Shown: one piece after another, positions 32,558 through 42,519 of the stretch
Layout: each line of letters opens with the position of its first letter
How positions within the stretch are numbered: position 1 is the first letter of the stretch
DNA from: a virus
Taxonomy: Duplodnaviria; Heunggongvirae; Uroviricota; Caudoviricetes
IMG/VR virus record: IMGVR_UViG_3300027608_000020
Direction: 5' to 3' (one strand)
DNA length: 64,000 bases
The notes under the pieces: generated by a model
Databases searched by the model: none
Seen by the model: only the letters and a program-made list of their open reading frames with translations
Told to the model about the DNA's origin: nothing
Program-made: the position numbers and the translations under genes

Positions 32558-32767
32558 ATGAAAAATGAATTTATTCAAGATGAGTATGGTAATAAACCAG
32601 TAGAACCCATGGTGGTTAATCTTACTCGAGCTCATATTAAACAGATGGCAGAAATGGCAGAACACTTTAGCGAGATAGGTGATTTTGAATTACATATCGA
32701 AGGAGATCAAAAAACTCTTAGATTTGTTCTGGCATTAGATAACGAGTCCAAAGGAAAAATAAAATGA
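32558..32767 (+). CDS. hypothetical protein
   Basis: start moved to an internal ATG with RBS. Confidence 0.35.
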   Translation: MKNEFIQDEYGNKPVEPMVVNLTRAHIKQMAEMAEHFSEIGDFELHIEGDQKTLRFVLALDNESKGKIK

Positions 32768-33030
32768 CATTGCCTGATGAACGATATCGTGCAGTAGTGC
32801 AAACTATACGATTCCTAACAGACTTGCAGTCCTCGACGGTATATCCTAGGGTGCCTAAACAAGTTAGGAAAGATGCTCTTAGTTTGTTGAGACATTATCC
32901 CAGTGCTTGGGATATGAAAGCGGCTAGTGAACTAGCACCGCATGTATTCCAAGAACGGATGGAGCCGTTGTATAGAATGGTTAAACAATACGATATGGAA
33001 AAGAAAGAACAAAATGAAAATCGGTCTTAG
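32764..33030 (+). CDS. hypothetical protein
   Basis: 88 aa. Confidence 0.4.
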   Translation: MTLPDERYRAVVQTIRFLTDLQSSTVYPRVPKQVRKDALSLLRHYPSAWDMKAASELAPHVFQERMEPLYRMVKQYDMEKKEQNENRS

Positions 33031-33445
33031 TTACAGTCGGTGTATTAAAGACATTGTTGACGGCAAGGTTGATATCGATGATGTCCTAATACTAATTACT
33101 CGTACAGATTTTGATCCGCACAACGATGACCAGTGGACTGGTATTTGGGAAGGTTACGGTGGTGGGCAGACATTTGGAAGCCCGTTTAGTAATCCGGAAT
33201 GGATTGATCATCCTGTTGAAGATGAGAGTAAGTTCCGCGAAGTCAGTATTAAACTATATGATTCTGGAAAGATGCATCAGCCTCGCCAGTTTGGAGCTCG
33301 TCCGCAACGCCGTCCTGAGATTTGGCTAGAAACAGTTCTGCCAAGTAGTGAGCTGATTACAAATCCAGCCGCTAAGAAAGCGTGGGACACTTTCCAAATA
33401 GTTGCAGGTCTTACAAATACAAGACTTGATAAGGAATATAAATGA
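33014..33445 (+). CDS. hypothetical protein
   Basis: internal ATG after the overlap. Confidence 0.45.
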   Translation: MKIGLSYSRCIKDIVDGKVDIDDVLILITRTDFDPHNDDQWTGIWEGYGGGQTFGSPFSNPEWIDHPVEDESKFREVSIKLYDSGKMHQPRQFGARPQRRPEIWLETVLPSSELITNPAAKKAWDTFQIVAGLTNTRLDKEYK

Positions 33446-33924
33446 AACAAGAACTAGATTCTTTGTTGTGCGAGAAGTATCCAAAGATGATGGTTAACCG
33501 CAACAAGGACATGATGGAAACTTGTATGTGTTGGGGTTTTGAATGTGGCGATGGCTGGTTCAATATCTTAGATCAGCTTATGGGAAATATCCAACATCAC
33601 ATTGACTGGAAGGAAAAACAGCGTGGCTGGGCAATTACTTTTAATAGTACAGCTTCGCTAGAAGACATGCGGCCAGTTCCGGATGCTATTCCGCAGGTAA
33701 CGCTAGACCAAGTTAAAGAAAAATTCGGTACACTACGTTTCTACTATACAGGTGGAGATGACTATATCAGCGGACTAGTTGCAATGGCCGAAGCTATGAG
33801 TGGTGTTACTTGTGAATCATGTGGTAACCCCGGTAAGAGTACAGGTGGTGGGTGGATCAAAACTATCTGCGAGCCATGTGAGGAAGCACGGCTACATGGA
33901 AAATTAATAAATGAAATTCTTTGA
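33442..33924 (+). CDS. hypothetical Cys-rich (zinc-finger-like) protein
   Basis: CMCWGFECGDGW ... CESCGNPG ... CEPCEE. Confidence 0.45.
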   Translation: MKQELDSLLCEKYPKMMVNRNKDMMETCMCWGFECGDGWFNILDQLMGNIQHHIDWKEKQRGWAITFNSTASLEDMRPVPDAIPQVTLDQVKEKFGTLRFYYTGGDDYISGLVAMAEAMSGVTCESCGNPGKSTGGGWIKTICEPCEEARLHGKLINEIL

Positions 33925-34318
33925 GCCATTACGTGATGACCTAATGGTACAGCAACAGATAGCCAATAGTTGGGAACATATGGTGGGTGTTATCATGTTG
34001 AACCAAACTGGTCGCAAACCTGTGAAACTGACCTTACCGGAATTCCTCTACTGGTTTCCCACACCACACGCATTGATTGCGGCAGATGAAGAATTTGTTA
34101 AAAGCATTATCAAACCCCTGGGTATGAACAATATTAGATATAAGCGATTGGTAGGTATGAGTTGCGACTACCTAACATGGGATGGAAATAATGCTACCGA
34201 TCTATACGGAATTGGTAAGTATGGTAGTGATAGTTATGAGATTTTCTTTAAGCAGAACTATTCAGTAACTCCAACAGATAAAGAATTAATAAGATATTTA
34301 AAAAAGGAAATAGTATGA
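33911..34318 (+). CDS. hypothetical protein
   Basis: 135 aa. Confidence 0.45.
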   Translation: MKFFEPLRDDLMVQQQIANSWEHMVGVIMLNQTGRKPVKLTLPEFLYWFPTPHALIAADEEFVKSIIKPLGMNNIRYKRLVGMSCDYLTWDGNNATDLYGIGKYGSDSYEIFFKQNYSVTPTDKELIRYLKKEIV

Positions 34319-34905
34319 ATTTAATCCCAATGGTCATTGAAAAGACCAGTACAGGCGAACGTGCCTTTGATATTTACAGTCGGTTACTTAATGAGCGTAT
34401 TATCTTCTTAAATGGCCCAGTAGGCGATGAGAGTGCGGCTACTATTGTTGCACAATTTTTGCATTTAGAGAGTGCCGATTGCGACAAAGATATTCACTTT
34501 TATATCAATAGCCCGGGTGGTGTAGTAACATCTGGCATGGCAATCTACGATGTAATGCAGTTTGTTAAACCCAATGTATGTACCTATGTTATGGGACAAG
34601 CCTGTAGCATGGGAAGTTTACTTGCCACTTCTGGTGCTCCTGGTAAACGCTATATGCTACCAAACGCTCGTCATATGATTCACCAACCTAGTGGCGGTGC
34701 CGGTGGACAGGCTACTGACATGGAAATTCAAGTTGCTGAAATTGTAAAGATGAAAAAGACCCTCACTCAGATCTATGTGGATCATAACAGCAAGGGCAAG
34801 ACATATGATCAGTTAATTATGGACATGGAAAGGGATAAATTCATGAGCGCCTCGGAGGCCCTTGAATATGGACTTATTGATCAAATTGTTAAAAAACGCA
34901 ATTAA
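34315..34905 (+). CDS. clpP: ATP-dependent Clp protease proteolytic subunit ClpP
   Basis: FLNGPVGDE...INSPGG...GQACSMGS (catalytic Ser)...HQP (His); 196 aa. Confidence 0.85.
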   Translation: MNLIPMVIEKTSTGERAFDIYSRLLNERIIFLNGPVGDESAATIVAQFLHLESADCDKDIHFYINSPGGVVTSGMAIYDVMQFVKPNVCTYVMGQACSMGSLLATSGAPGKRYMLPNARHMIHQPSGGAGGQATDMEIQVAEIVKMKKTLTQIYVDHNSKGKTYDQLIMDMERDKFMSASEALEYGLIDQIVKKRN

Positions 34906-35725
34906 TGCTCTACTTATTGTAGCGGTGTTATCCACATCTGCGTTTGCAAAACAAAACAAAAAATCAACAATACGTCCCCAGAACGGAATCTTAGCAACAA
35001 ATTATATTGTTAAAGATCTCGATACTGGGGAAGTTTTTAAAGAAAAAAACAGTCAAGAAATAAGAAGCATTGCTTCTATTACTAAACTAATGACTGTGGT
35101 AGTGGTTTTAAATGCCCATCAAAAGCTAGATGAAGTTTTAACCATCAACAAAACTAAGGGAATTCATTCTAGACTTCCCAATGGCACAAAAATAACTAGA
35201 TCTGATTTATTATTGTTGTCCTTGATGAGCAGTGACAATGTTGCCGCAAAAGTCCTGGCTCAAAATTATCCTGGGGGAGAAGAATCGGCCTTGGCCGCGA
35301 TGAATGCTACTGCTGACTCATTGGGTATGCACAATACAAGATTTGTCGATCCTACAGGACTGTTTGAAGAGAATGTTAGCACAGTTATTGATCTGGCTAA
35401 GTTAATAGACTATGCTTACGCATTTGACATTATTAGGAATTTTTCAACAAAAACCAGCAAAAGAATACAAGTTCCCGGCCGAAAGAAATCGTATTTTGTT
35501 GATTTCCGTACAACAAATTCCCTGGTTGTTAAAGACACTAGTATAGGCCTTAGTAAGACAGGCTGGATACAAAAATCTGGTGGTTGCTTGGTTATGATTA
35601 TAAAGGACCGAGGACGTAGGCTTGCCGTAATCCTGCTAAATAGTAGGAACACCCATACTCGGATACGAGACGGTGCATTACTTACGGAATACGACAATGT
35701 CAGAAATAACAGGAATTTTAGATAA
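34862..35725 (+). CDS. D-alanyl-D-alanine carboxypeptidase (S11 / PBP5-DacA family) with signal peptide; start uncertain
   Basis: SxxK (ASITK), SxN (SSDN), KTG (SKTGW) motifs. Confidence 0.65.
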   Translation: MNMDLLIKLLKNAINALLIVAVLSTSAFAKQNKKSTIRPQNGILATNYIVKDLDTGEVFKEKNSQEIRSIASITKLMTVVVVLNAHQKLDEVLTINKTKGIHSRLPNGTKITRSDLLLLSLMSSDNVAAKVLAQNYPGGEESALAAMNATADSLGMHNTRFVDPTGLFEENVSTVIDLAKLIDYAYAFDIIRNFSTKTSKRIQVPGRKKSYFVDFRTTNSLVVKDTSIGLSKTGWIQKSGGCLVMIIKDRGRRLAVILLNSRNTHTRIRDGALLTEYDNVRNNRNFR

Positions 35726-36620
35726 CACCACTCAACAAGTACTCGTTTTAAATGATGATCACGTTATTCTTCGTGGAAACGTTAAAATACACGGAGTGCT
35801 TGACGTAGGACTTGTACGCACAACTGAAATCATATCAGATTCTAGATATGAAAAGAAGTTTCTTGTTTTTGCGGCACCTGAAGGTACACAACTTGCCGGT
35901 ACAGGGTTGTTATGGCAAGATAAAATACAAAACAAGCAACTTGTTTATAGAACAAACCCTGATTGTTTCTTCCTTTCAGAGCATGTCGACTTACCCAATG
36001 AAAAAGCATATCTAATTGGTGGGCAACCTGTTATAACTGCTACCGAATTAGGTGCATCTATTACCAAGAGTAATCTAAGAAATATAGGAACACTCGATAA
36101 ACTAAATGTAGCAGGTAATGTTAACTTCGGAGATTTTGTATTTTCCACAAGACAAAGATTTAGTATCGGAAGAGAAGACGGCGATGCTGTGTTTTCAGTA
36201 TTCGACGAACCTAATAATGTTCAAATTATTTTAGAAGGCAATGAAGACGGACGAGCTAAAATTGGAACATTCAATAACAAAGGTGTTGATATTGTTGTTG
36301 GCAATCAAACTCGATTAACTGTAGGTACTAACGGAAATATTGTTCTTGGTCGTGAATCAAATTCAAATACATTGATTAATCTTTATGGCAAAGTAGGTGT
36401 TAATGTTAAAAACCCAAGTGAAGAATTTGAAGTATCAGGAAATATTAAATTCCAAAATAAACTATTTGCTGTAGGAGATCGAGCACCAACTGTTGGATCA
36501 TATCAAGTAGGTGATATTGTTTGGAACAGCGGTCCTATGATTAGTAACTACATTGGTTGGGTTTGCACCATGGGCGGCTCGCCAGGTACTTGGGCACCCT
36601 TTGGTCAGATCGTAGGATAA
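35697..36620 (+). CDS. hypothetical protein (possible structural or fibre protein)
   Basis: in-frame ATG after the overlap; Gly/Asn-rich. Confidence 0.45.
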   Translation: MSEITGILDNTTQQVLVLNDDHVILRGNVKIHGVLDVGLVRTTEIISDSRYEKKFLVFAAPEGTQLAGTGLLWQDKIQNKQLVYRTNPDCFFLSEHVDLPNEKAYLIGGQPVITATELGASITKSNLRNIGTLDKLNVAGNVNFGDFVFSTRQRFSIGREDGDAVFSVFDEPNNVQIILEGNEDGRAKIGTFNNKGVDIVVGNQTRLTVGTNGNIVLGRESNSNTLINLYGKVGVNVKNPSEEFEVSGNIKFQNKLFAVGDRAPTVGSYQVGDIVWNSGPMISNYIGWVCTMGGSPGTWAPFGQIVG

Positions 36621-36679
36621 ACTACTAACAAAAATTCGTAAGTGTTCAGAGTAAATATATTTACTCAGGGGGAAACATT

Positions 36680-37009
36680 ATGGAAAATCAAACTCAAATT
36701 CAAACTCAAATTCAAACTTTAAGGCAATTCGAAAAGCAACGTAAATTATGGATGGCTCTTAGCGCAATAGTACTGGTATCAGTATTAGGCATCATTTTTG
36801 ATTGGGCAACAATATATCAATATAAACTAGAATGGTTAGTAGGAGCAGGTGGCTTGCTGTTAACTATAGTATGGTGGTATTGGACTATGCGAATCACTAA
36901 AGAACTGATTACTATCAAAATTAACGATAGAGAAATCTTACAAGATATCATTGAAGATATAAAGCATATAAGAAAAGAAATACTAAGAACTTTACCCAAT
37001 AGGGATTGA
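36680..37009 (+). CDS. membrane protein with an N-terminal tandem repeat (QTQIQTQIQT)
   Basis: 12-nt DNA repeat aaactcaaattc x2.5; two TM segments. Confidence 0.4.
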   Translation: MENQTQIQTQIQTLRQFEKQRKLWMALSAIVLVSVLGIIFDWATIYQYKLEWLVGAGGLLLTIVWWYWTMRITKELITIKINDREILQDIIEDIKHIRKEILRTLPNRD

Positions 37010-37034
37010 CAAGTTAAATAGTAGTCTATATAAT
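37006..37034 (+). promoter_or_regulatory. sigma70-like promoter TTGACA-17-TATAAT
   Basis: exact consensus upstream of the QueD-like gene. Confidence 0.55.
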
Positions 37035-37123
37035 AAGTCATCAGCGGACTTTTCACGTCATTCATCCCGCTTTATAAACTCTGCATGTCGTCAAACTTGC
37101 TACCTTAATAAAGGAGACTAGAG

Positions 37124-37573
37124 ATGGCAAAATATTTCTCAACAAAACATTACGGACACAACATTGGTCTGTCGGCGGTATTTCGTCAACCTAATGCAGA
37201 TCACAGTCATTGTCACCTGCTACACGGTTACAGTCTAGCGTTCACATTCACATTTGGGTGTGACTCATTAGACAATAAAAACTGGGCGGTGGATTTTGGC
37301 GGACTCAAACCGCTGAAAGCATGGCTAGAAGATAACTTTGATCACAAGATGGCCTTAGACAAGACAGATCCCCATCTGGCCAAGTTTCGAGAACTAGAAG
37401 CATTAGACCTAGCAGAGATCCGTATCTTTGACGGAGTTGGTGTAGAGAAGTTTGCTGAACATGCTTTTAACTTTGCTGACCAATTGATACGTGAAAAGAG
37501 TGGTGGTCGTTGTCATTGTGTACGAGTTGAGTGTGCTGAACACGGCGCCAATTCGGCAACTTACGAAGCTTAA
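37124..37573 (+). CDS. queD: 6-pyruvoyl-tetrahydropterin synthase family protein (QueD/PTPS)
   Basis: [10 protein letters not shown] (CxxxHGH) motif; size about 150 aa. Confidence 0.65.
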   Translation: MAKYFSTKHYGHNIGLSAVFRQPNADHSHCHLLHGYSLAFTFTFGCDSLDNKNWAVDFGGLKPLKAWLEDNFDHKMALDKTDPHLAKFRELEALDLAEIRIFDGVGVEKFAEHAFNFADQLIREKSGGRCHCVRVECAEHGANSATYEA

Positions 37574-37794
37574 TGAATAGAGATATGTACATGAAATTCA
37601 AATTAGGCGATTTAGTTAAAAAAATATCCGGGTCGCAATGGCACGGAACTGTTGTCGGTACATACTCAACGGAATTAACTCCAGAAGGTTATGCTGTTGA
37701 GAGCTCTACCGAAAAGGGATCTGTGCAGATCTATCCTGCAAAGGCTCTTGAGCTATGGAACGCTAATGAAACAACTTTGGCGGCTTTGGGCTAA
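37573..37794 (+). CDS. hypothetical protein
   Basis: 73 aa. Confidence 0.4.
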   Translation: MNRDMYMKFKLGDLVKKISGSQWHGTVVGTYSTELTPEGYAVESSTEKGSVQIYPAKALELWNANETTLAALG

Positions 37795-38059
37795 AGCATT
37801 GGGTGAAAAATCAGGCAGTACGGATGTAGAAGCGGACAGAATCGCTTTTATTCGTACTGCTATTGTGTTATGCTATATAATAACAAACTGCTTTATTATA
37901 GCAAGTGTAATCAGGCATTGGAATTAAAATGATAGATAAAGATTGGTTAGAAAGAGTAATCACAGCATACAAAGCGTACCCGTATCCAAACGTAGAAATT
38001 GAACATTTTTTAAATTGGTTATATTCTCAGTACGGCATTGTCCCACCAAAAGGAAAAGA

Positions 38060-38992
38060 ATGAAAAAAGTTTTAGTAACCGGCGGTGCCGGGTTTCTCGG
38101 TAGTCACTTATGTGATAGATTGGTAACCGAAGGACATCATGTTCTTTGCGTAGATAATTATTTTACAGGTGCAAAGAAAAACATCGAACATTTACTCGAA
38201 TATAAAAACTTTGAAGTAATTCGTCAAGATATTTGTTTTCCGTTATATGTAGAAGTAGACGAGATCTATAACCTAGCATGTCCTGCTAGTCCTCAGGCAT
38301 ATCAGTGGGACCCTATTCATACGATGAAAACAAATGTTTTAGGCGCCTATAATTTATTAGGCCTTGCTAAAAGAACAGGTGCTAGAATCTTACAGGCTAG
38401 CACCAGCGAAGTTTACGGTGATCCCAAAGTACATCCACAGCCCGAAGAGTACTGGGGGAATGTAAATCCAATTGGTATACGTAGTTGCTACGATGAAGGC
38501 AAACGTGCCGCCGAAACATTATTTTACGACTATTATAGAGTACATAACGTAAATGCAAAGATTGTTCGTATCTTTAATACATACGGGCCCCGTATGGCTA
38601 CTGATGATGGTCGTGTAGTAAGTAACTTTATTGTACAAGCATTGCGAGGAAAAAACATAACAGTATACGGAAGTGGTCAACAAACCCGTAGTTTCTGTTA
38701 TGTAGACGATCTTATTGACGGAATGATGGCTATGATGAATACGGATGACGAAATGATTGGTCCGTTGAATTTAGGAAATCCTGGAGAGTTTACAATGTTT
38801 GATTTGGCCGAGATGGTTATTAAACTTACAGGAACAGAGAGCCAAATACTGCAAATGCCGTTGCCGCAAGATGATCCAAAACAACGACAGCCAAATATAA
38901 ACAAAACAAAAAAAGTTTTACAATGGGAACCAAAAATTGATTTAGAAACTGGATTACAAAAAACGATTGACTATTTCCGAAAAATAGTGTAA
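38060..38992 (+). CDS. UDP-glucuronate decarboxylase (UDP-xylose synthase) / ArnA-C-like SDR
   Basis: [10 protein letters not shown] Rossmann motif; [10 protein letters not shown]; CYDEGKR (YxxxK); FNTYGPRM; AAGGAAAAG RBS before ATG 38060. Confidence 0.85.
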   Translation: MKKVLVTGGAGFLGSHLCDRLVTEGHHVLCVDNYFTGAKKNIEHLLEYKNFEVIRQDICFPLYVEVDEIYNLACPASPQAYQWDPIHTMKTNVLGAYNLLGLAKRTGARILQASTSEVYGDPKVHPQPEEYWGNVNPIGIRSCYDEGKRAAETLFYDYYRVHNVNAKIVRIFNTYGPRMATDDGRVVSNFIVQALRGKNITVYGSGQQTRSFCYVDDLIDGMMAMMNTDDEMIGPLNLGNPGEFTMFDLAEMVIKLTGTESQILQMPLPQDDPKQRQPNINKTKKVLQWEPKIDLETGLQKTIDYFRKIV

Positions 38993-39001
38993 AATAATAC
39001 T

Positions 39002-39484
39002 ATGGAACATAATTATACACCTCCTTTGTTAGATTTTGCCGATAGCGACTTGCCCGTTGATGCTCGTTATCAAATGATTAAATCTATGCTTGCAGAACAC
39101 GAATGTATTGTAGACTTTAAAAAAGTAAATGGTGAAGTTCGAACATTACCATGCACATTACGAGAAGATTTACTGCCTGCGGCAAGCCGTGTGATAAGTG
39201 AAGATATTATAGACGTTCCACCCAATGATGGTCTGATCACAGTATGGGCAACCGATGTGCAGGCATGGCGGGCTATGCGTACTATGAATGTTATTTCTGT
39301 TAAACTGCCTCCAATAAAATATCTACTTACTGTAGAAGAAGATCCAGAGACTGGAGAATTAATCCTTCCGTTTACTCCCGAGATGCTAGCCCAAATGGGA
39401 TGGAAAGAAGGTGACACCCTGAGCTGGGATGACAACGGCGACGGTTCTTTTATGCTTTCAAAGAAAGACAAATCTAGTGACTAA
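39002..39484 (+). CDS. hypothetical protein
   Basis: 160 aa. Confidence 0.45.
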   Translation: MEHNYTPPLLDFADSDLPVDARYQMIKSMLAEHECIVDFKKVNGEVRTLPCTLREDLLPAASRVISEDIIDVPPNDGLITVWATDVQAWRAMRTMNVISVKLPPIKYLLTVEEDPETGELILPFTPEMLAQMGWKEGDTLSWDDNGDGSFMLSKKDKSSD

Positions 39485-40505
39485 ACGAATTGGTTTTGCC
39501 TGCAAGTGGATTGATCACGCAGGACAAGTTAATGGTATCGACGCTAAGGACGATGCTAAGAAATATAATACTGGCTCCACTACTGTTGCATGGTTAAATA
39601 GACAGAGCAAAGAAGTCGCAGAGCAAAGACTTTGGGACTTAATGGTAGGTAACATTGAGTCTACTCGGTTGCTCGTCGAACGTGTAGGAGCACTAGATGA
39701 AAATCTTAGAATGGTACGACTCTCAAGCGATATACTGCCTGTATATACTCAGCGTGATTGGGCTGGGTTTTGGCGGACTAGCAACGTTAGAACATATCTC
39801 GAAAGAGAATTTAGAACCGTGGGAGATGCGGCTCGCAAGAACGGTGTTCGGTTGTCTATGCATCCTGGCCAGTTTACTGTGCTGGCAAGCGATAACCCAG
39901 GTATTGTTGAAAGATCAATAGAGGAGTTTGAATATCATGCAGATATGGCCAGGTACATGGGTTACGGTAAATCATTTCAGGACTTTAAAATCAACGTCCA
40001 CATCTCGGGTAAACAAGGTCCCGAAGGTATTCGATCTGCCTACAAAAGACTTACCCCCGAAGCAAGAAATTGTATCACAATTGAAAACGAAGAAAACTCC
40101 TGGGGCTTAGATGACTGCCTTACTATTAGCGATATCGTTCCTATTGTGCTTGACATTCACCATCACTGGATACGTGAGGGGGAATATATCAGTAACCAAG
40201 ATAGTCGTGTTATTCGTGTCCTGGACAGTTGGCGTAGTATGCGCCCTACTTGTCATTATTCAGTATCTCGGGAAGATTATCTCGTGGATCATGACACTAA
40301 CATAATGCCCCATCATCACACGTTACTAACTGCCGGATACAAAAAACAAAAGCTCAGAGCACATTCTGATTTCTACTGGAATACAGCAGTTAACGAATGG
40401 GCTTTGAGCTTTCTCAATACGCACGATATTATGTGCGAATCAAAAGGCAAAAATATTGCCTCGTTTGCCTTGCACGATAAGGCTAAAGAATTACGCCTTC
40501 TTTAA
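39429..40505 (+). CDS. uvdE: UV DNA damage endonuclease (UvdE/UVDE family); start uncertain
   Basis: VRLSSDILP, RLSMHPGQF, INVHISG, LDIHHHW, C-terminal RAHSDFYWN (cf. UVDE AHSDYI). Confidence 0.65.
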   Translation: MTTATVLLCFQRKTNLVTKRIGFACKWIDHAGQVNGIDAKDDAKKYNTGSTTVAWLNRQSKEVAEQRLWDLMVGNIESTRLLVERVGALDENLRMVRLSSDILPVYTQRDWAGFWRTSNVRTYLEREFRTVGDAARKNGVRLSMHPGQFTVLASDNPGIVERSIEEFEYHADMARYMGYGKSFQDFKINVHISGKQGPEGIRSAYKRLTPEARNCITIENEENSWGLDDCLTISDIVPIVLDIHHHWIREGEYISNQDSRVIRVLDSWRSMRPTCHYSVSREDYLVDHDTNIMPHHHTLLTAGYKKQKLRAHSDFYWNTAVNEWALSFLNTHDIMCESKGKNIASFALHDKAKELRLL

Positions 40506-40763
40506 AGTAGTAGGTTTCTTAACTACAGCTTTTTTAGCGGCTGGCTTCTTAGTGGCCGGCTTCTTAGCAGCCGAGGTAGCAGGAGTAGCACGTGGTTTAC
40601 GTACTTTCTTTACTACTTCTTCAACTACTGCTTCAACCGCCTTAACTTCTTCAACTACAGCTTTTTCTACAGCTTTAACTTCCTCGATTACCTCGATCTG
40701 TTTTCTGTTAAGAAAAAAGAACGCTACTAAGGCAATAAAAATAACACCAATGATATATTCCAT
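40491..40763 (-). CDS. membrane-anchored protein with a Lys/Ala-rich basic tail (histone H1/AlgP-like low complexity)
   Basis: minus-strand ORF with AAGGA RBS; N-terminal TM, then EEVKAVE repeats and a KKPATKKPAAKK tail; convergent with uvdE. Confidence 0.5.
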   Translation of the reverse strand: MEYIIGVIFIALVAFFFLNRKQIEVIEEVKAVEKAVVEEVKAVEAVVEEVVKKVRKPRATPATSAAKKPATKKPAAKKAVVKKPTTLKKA

Positions 40764-40880
40764 TTTAAGATTTCCTTATAAAAATGTATGTGTTTATTTA
40801 CCCGCGAATAAATACTTCATCAAGAAATTGATTAGCACATAAAGGAGGACCGGCGATCGATCATAGTATGATCATAATTT

Positions 40881-40909
40881 TTGACAAGAGAGTTTGAAAC
40901 CTTTATAAT
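40881..40909 (+). promoter_or_regulatory. sigma70-like promoter TTGACA-17-TATAAT (SufC-like gene may be leaderless)
   Basis: exact consensus; the -10 ends 7 nt before ATG 40917. Confidence 0.5.
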
Positions 40910-40916
40910 AAAAACA

Positions 40917-41648
40917 ATGCTAACAATAAAAAACGTGTCTGCGGTAGTTGATACTAAAGACCTACTAAAAAATATATCAATAAACATCAAACAGGGCGAG
41001 ATTCATGCAATCTTGGGCCCTAAACATTCTGGCAAAAGCAGTCTTGCTCATTTAATTGCCGGGCATCCTTCAATAATTCAAACTGAGGGATCGATTACTT
41101 TTAAACATAAAAACATAACTAGATTAGATTGTGAGGATAGGGCAAAGTTAGGTATACACACAACTTTTCAAAATCCTCCAGAAATCTACGGGCTTAGAAA
41201 CATAGACCTAATTAAAGCTATGATGAAAGCCAAGAAAGATACTCGTTCCGAAAACGAATTAGAAAAAGATTATAAGGTATTGTGTACTATGCTCGAATTA
41301 CCATCAGGGCATGGGGATGCGATGATGGATTACGATTTTATGAATCTATCAGAATTTAAGAAAAACGAAATTCTTCAGATGTTGATGTTAGATCCAGATT
41401 TTGTCATTATAGATGAAATAGATTCTAATTTAGAGGAAGAAGACCTACAGATATTAGGCGCCGTTTTAAACAGCTATGTAGATGGTAAAAAATCAATGGC
41501 CGTAATTACAAATAATCAACAATTTTTAGACATGATTGTTCCTACCCATGTGCATGTTATTGTAGACGGGGAAATTAAAGAACATGGTGGTCCAGAATTA
41601 TATAAAAGGATAATAGAAGATGGCTATTCACAGTTTTCTCAAAGCTGA
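40917..41648 (+). CDS. sufC: SufC-like ABC ATPase with a degenerate signature motif
   Basis: Walker A ILGPKHSGKSS; NLSEFKKNEILQM in place of FSGGEKKRNEILQM; Walker B IIDEIDSNLE; parallels E. coli SufC throughout. Confidence 0.65.
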   Translation: MLTIKNVSAVVDTKDLLKNISINIKQGEIHAILGPKHSGKSSLAHLIAGHPSIIQTEGSITFKHKNITRLDCEDRAKLGIHTTFQNPPEIYGLRNIDLIKAMMKAKKDTRSENELEKDYKVLCTMLELPSGHGDAMMDYDFMNLSEFKKNEILQMLMLDPDFVIIDEIDSNLEEEDLQILGAVLNSYVDGKKSMAVITNNQQFLDMIVPTHVHVIVDGEIKEHGGPELYKRIIEDGYSQFSQS

Positions 41649-42444
41649 AAAAGGCGACCCAGATTGGCAATATTCCCCAGAAAAATATTTTGGTAAAGAG
41701 TTTAAAGTTGTTGAGGCTAGCACCGTTGAGCTTGCAGAAGGTCACAGCAATACTATGGTACTGCGGCAAAATCCTACAGAAAAGGAATTGTTAGCAAAAC
41801 ATATTAAGATTCAAGTTAAGCCCGAGGGTAAGTTGGATTTAATTGTAATTAACGAAGCAGATCATAAACTACAACAGGTATTTTTGTACGATATTCATGT
41901 AGCGGAAGGCGCTGGAATCAATTTTGGAATGTTTGTTAAAAACGGAAAATTCAACAAACACATTATCCAAGTATATTTAGAAGAAGGTGCTGAATTTAAT
42001 TCGTATGGTCTTATGATGAATACCGTGGGCGGCGACACTGAAATTATTACAAAGATTATTCATCAACATATTGATTCTAGTAGTAATCAGATTATTCTTG
42101 GAGTTGCCGGAAAGGACAGTCAAACAGTATTTCAAGGGATGACTGTTCTCGATAAAGGGTCAGAGGGTAGTGAAGCACACATTGAAAGCGGAAACTTTAT
42201 AATAGGAGAAAACGGTAGATGCCGCAGTAGGCCTGACATTTACACCGATTGCAACGAGGTTGTATCTTCCTTAGGTTCCACAACAGATCACTTAAATCTC
42301 GATAAACTTTACTATCTGCAAAGTAAAGGACTTGATATATTAACTGCTACTAAAACTATTTTAGATAGCTTCCAAAATCAAGCAATTAACATTGTACCGT
42401 ACGATGATGTTCGAGAAGAAGTAAAAGAATTGTTTGCTATTTGA
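41620..42444 (+). CDS. sufD: SufD/SufB-family protein (Fe-S cluster assembly scaffold component)
   Basis: C-terminal beta-helix region GNFIIGENGRCRSRPDIYTDCNEVVSSLGSTTDHLNLDKLYYLQSKG. Confidence 0.6.
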   Translation: MAIHSFLKAEKGDPDWQYSPEKYFGKEFKVVEASTVELAEGHSNTMVLRQNPTEKELLAKHIKIQVKPEGKLDLIVINEADHKLQQVFLYDIHVAEGAGINFGMFVKNGKFNKHIIQVYLEEGAEFNSYGLMMNTVGGDTEIITKIIHQHIDSSSNQIILGVAGKDSQTVFQGMTVLDKGSEGSEAHIESGNFIIGENGRCRSRPDIYTDCNEVVSSLGSTTDHLNLDKLYYLQSKGLDILTATKTILDSFQNQAINIVPYDDVREEVKELFAI

Positions 42445-42519
42445 TCCTATTTAAAGGTTTACTATTTTAGGTAAATACCTTTATGATTTCAAAATGTAGA
42501 TATTTTTGGTGGGTGAAAT

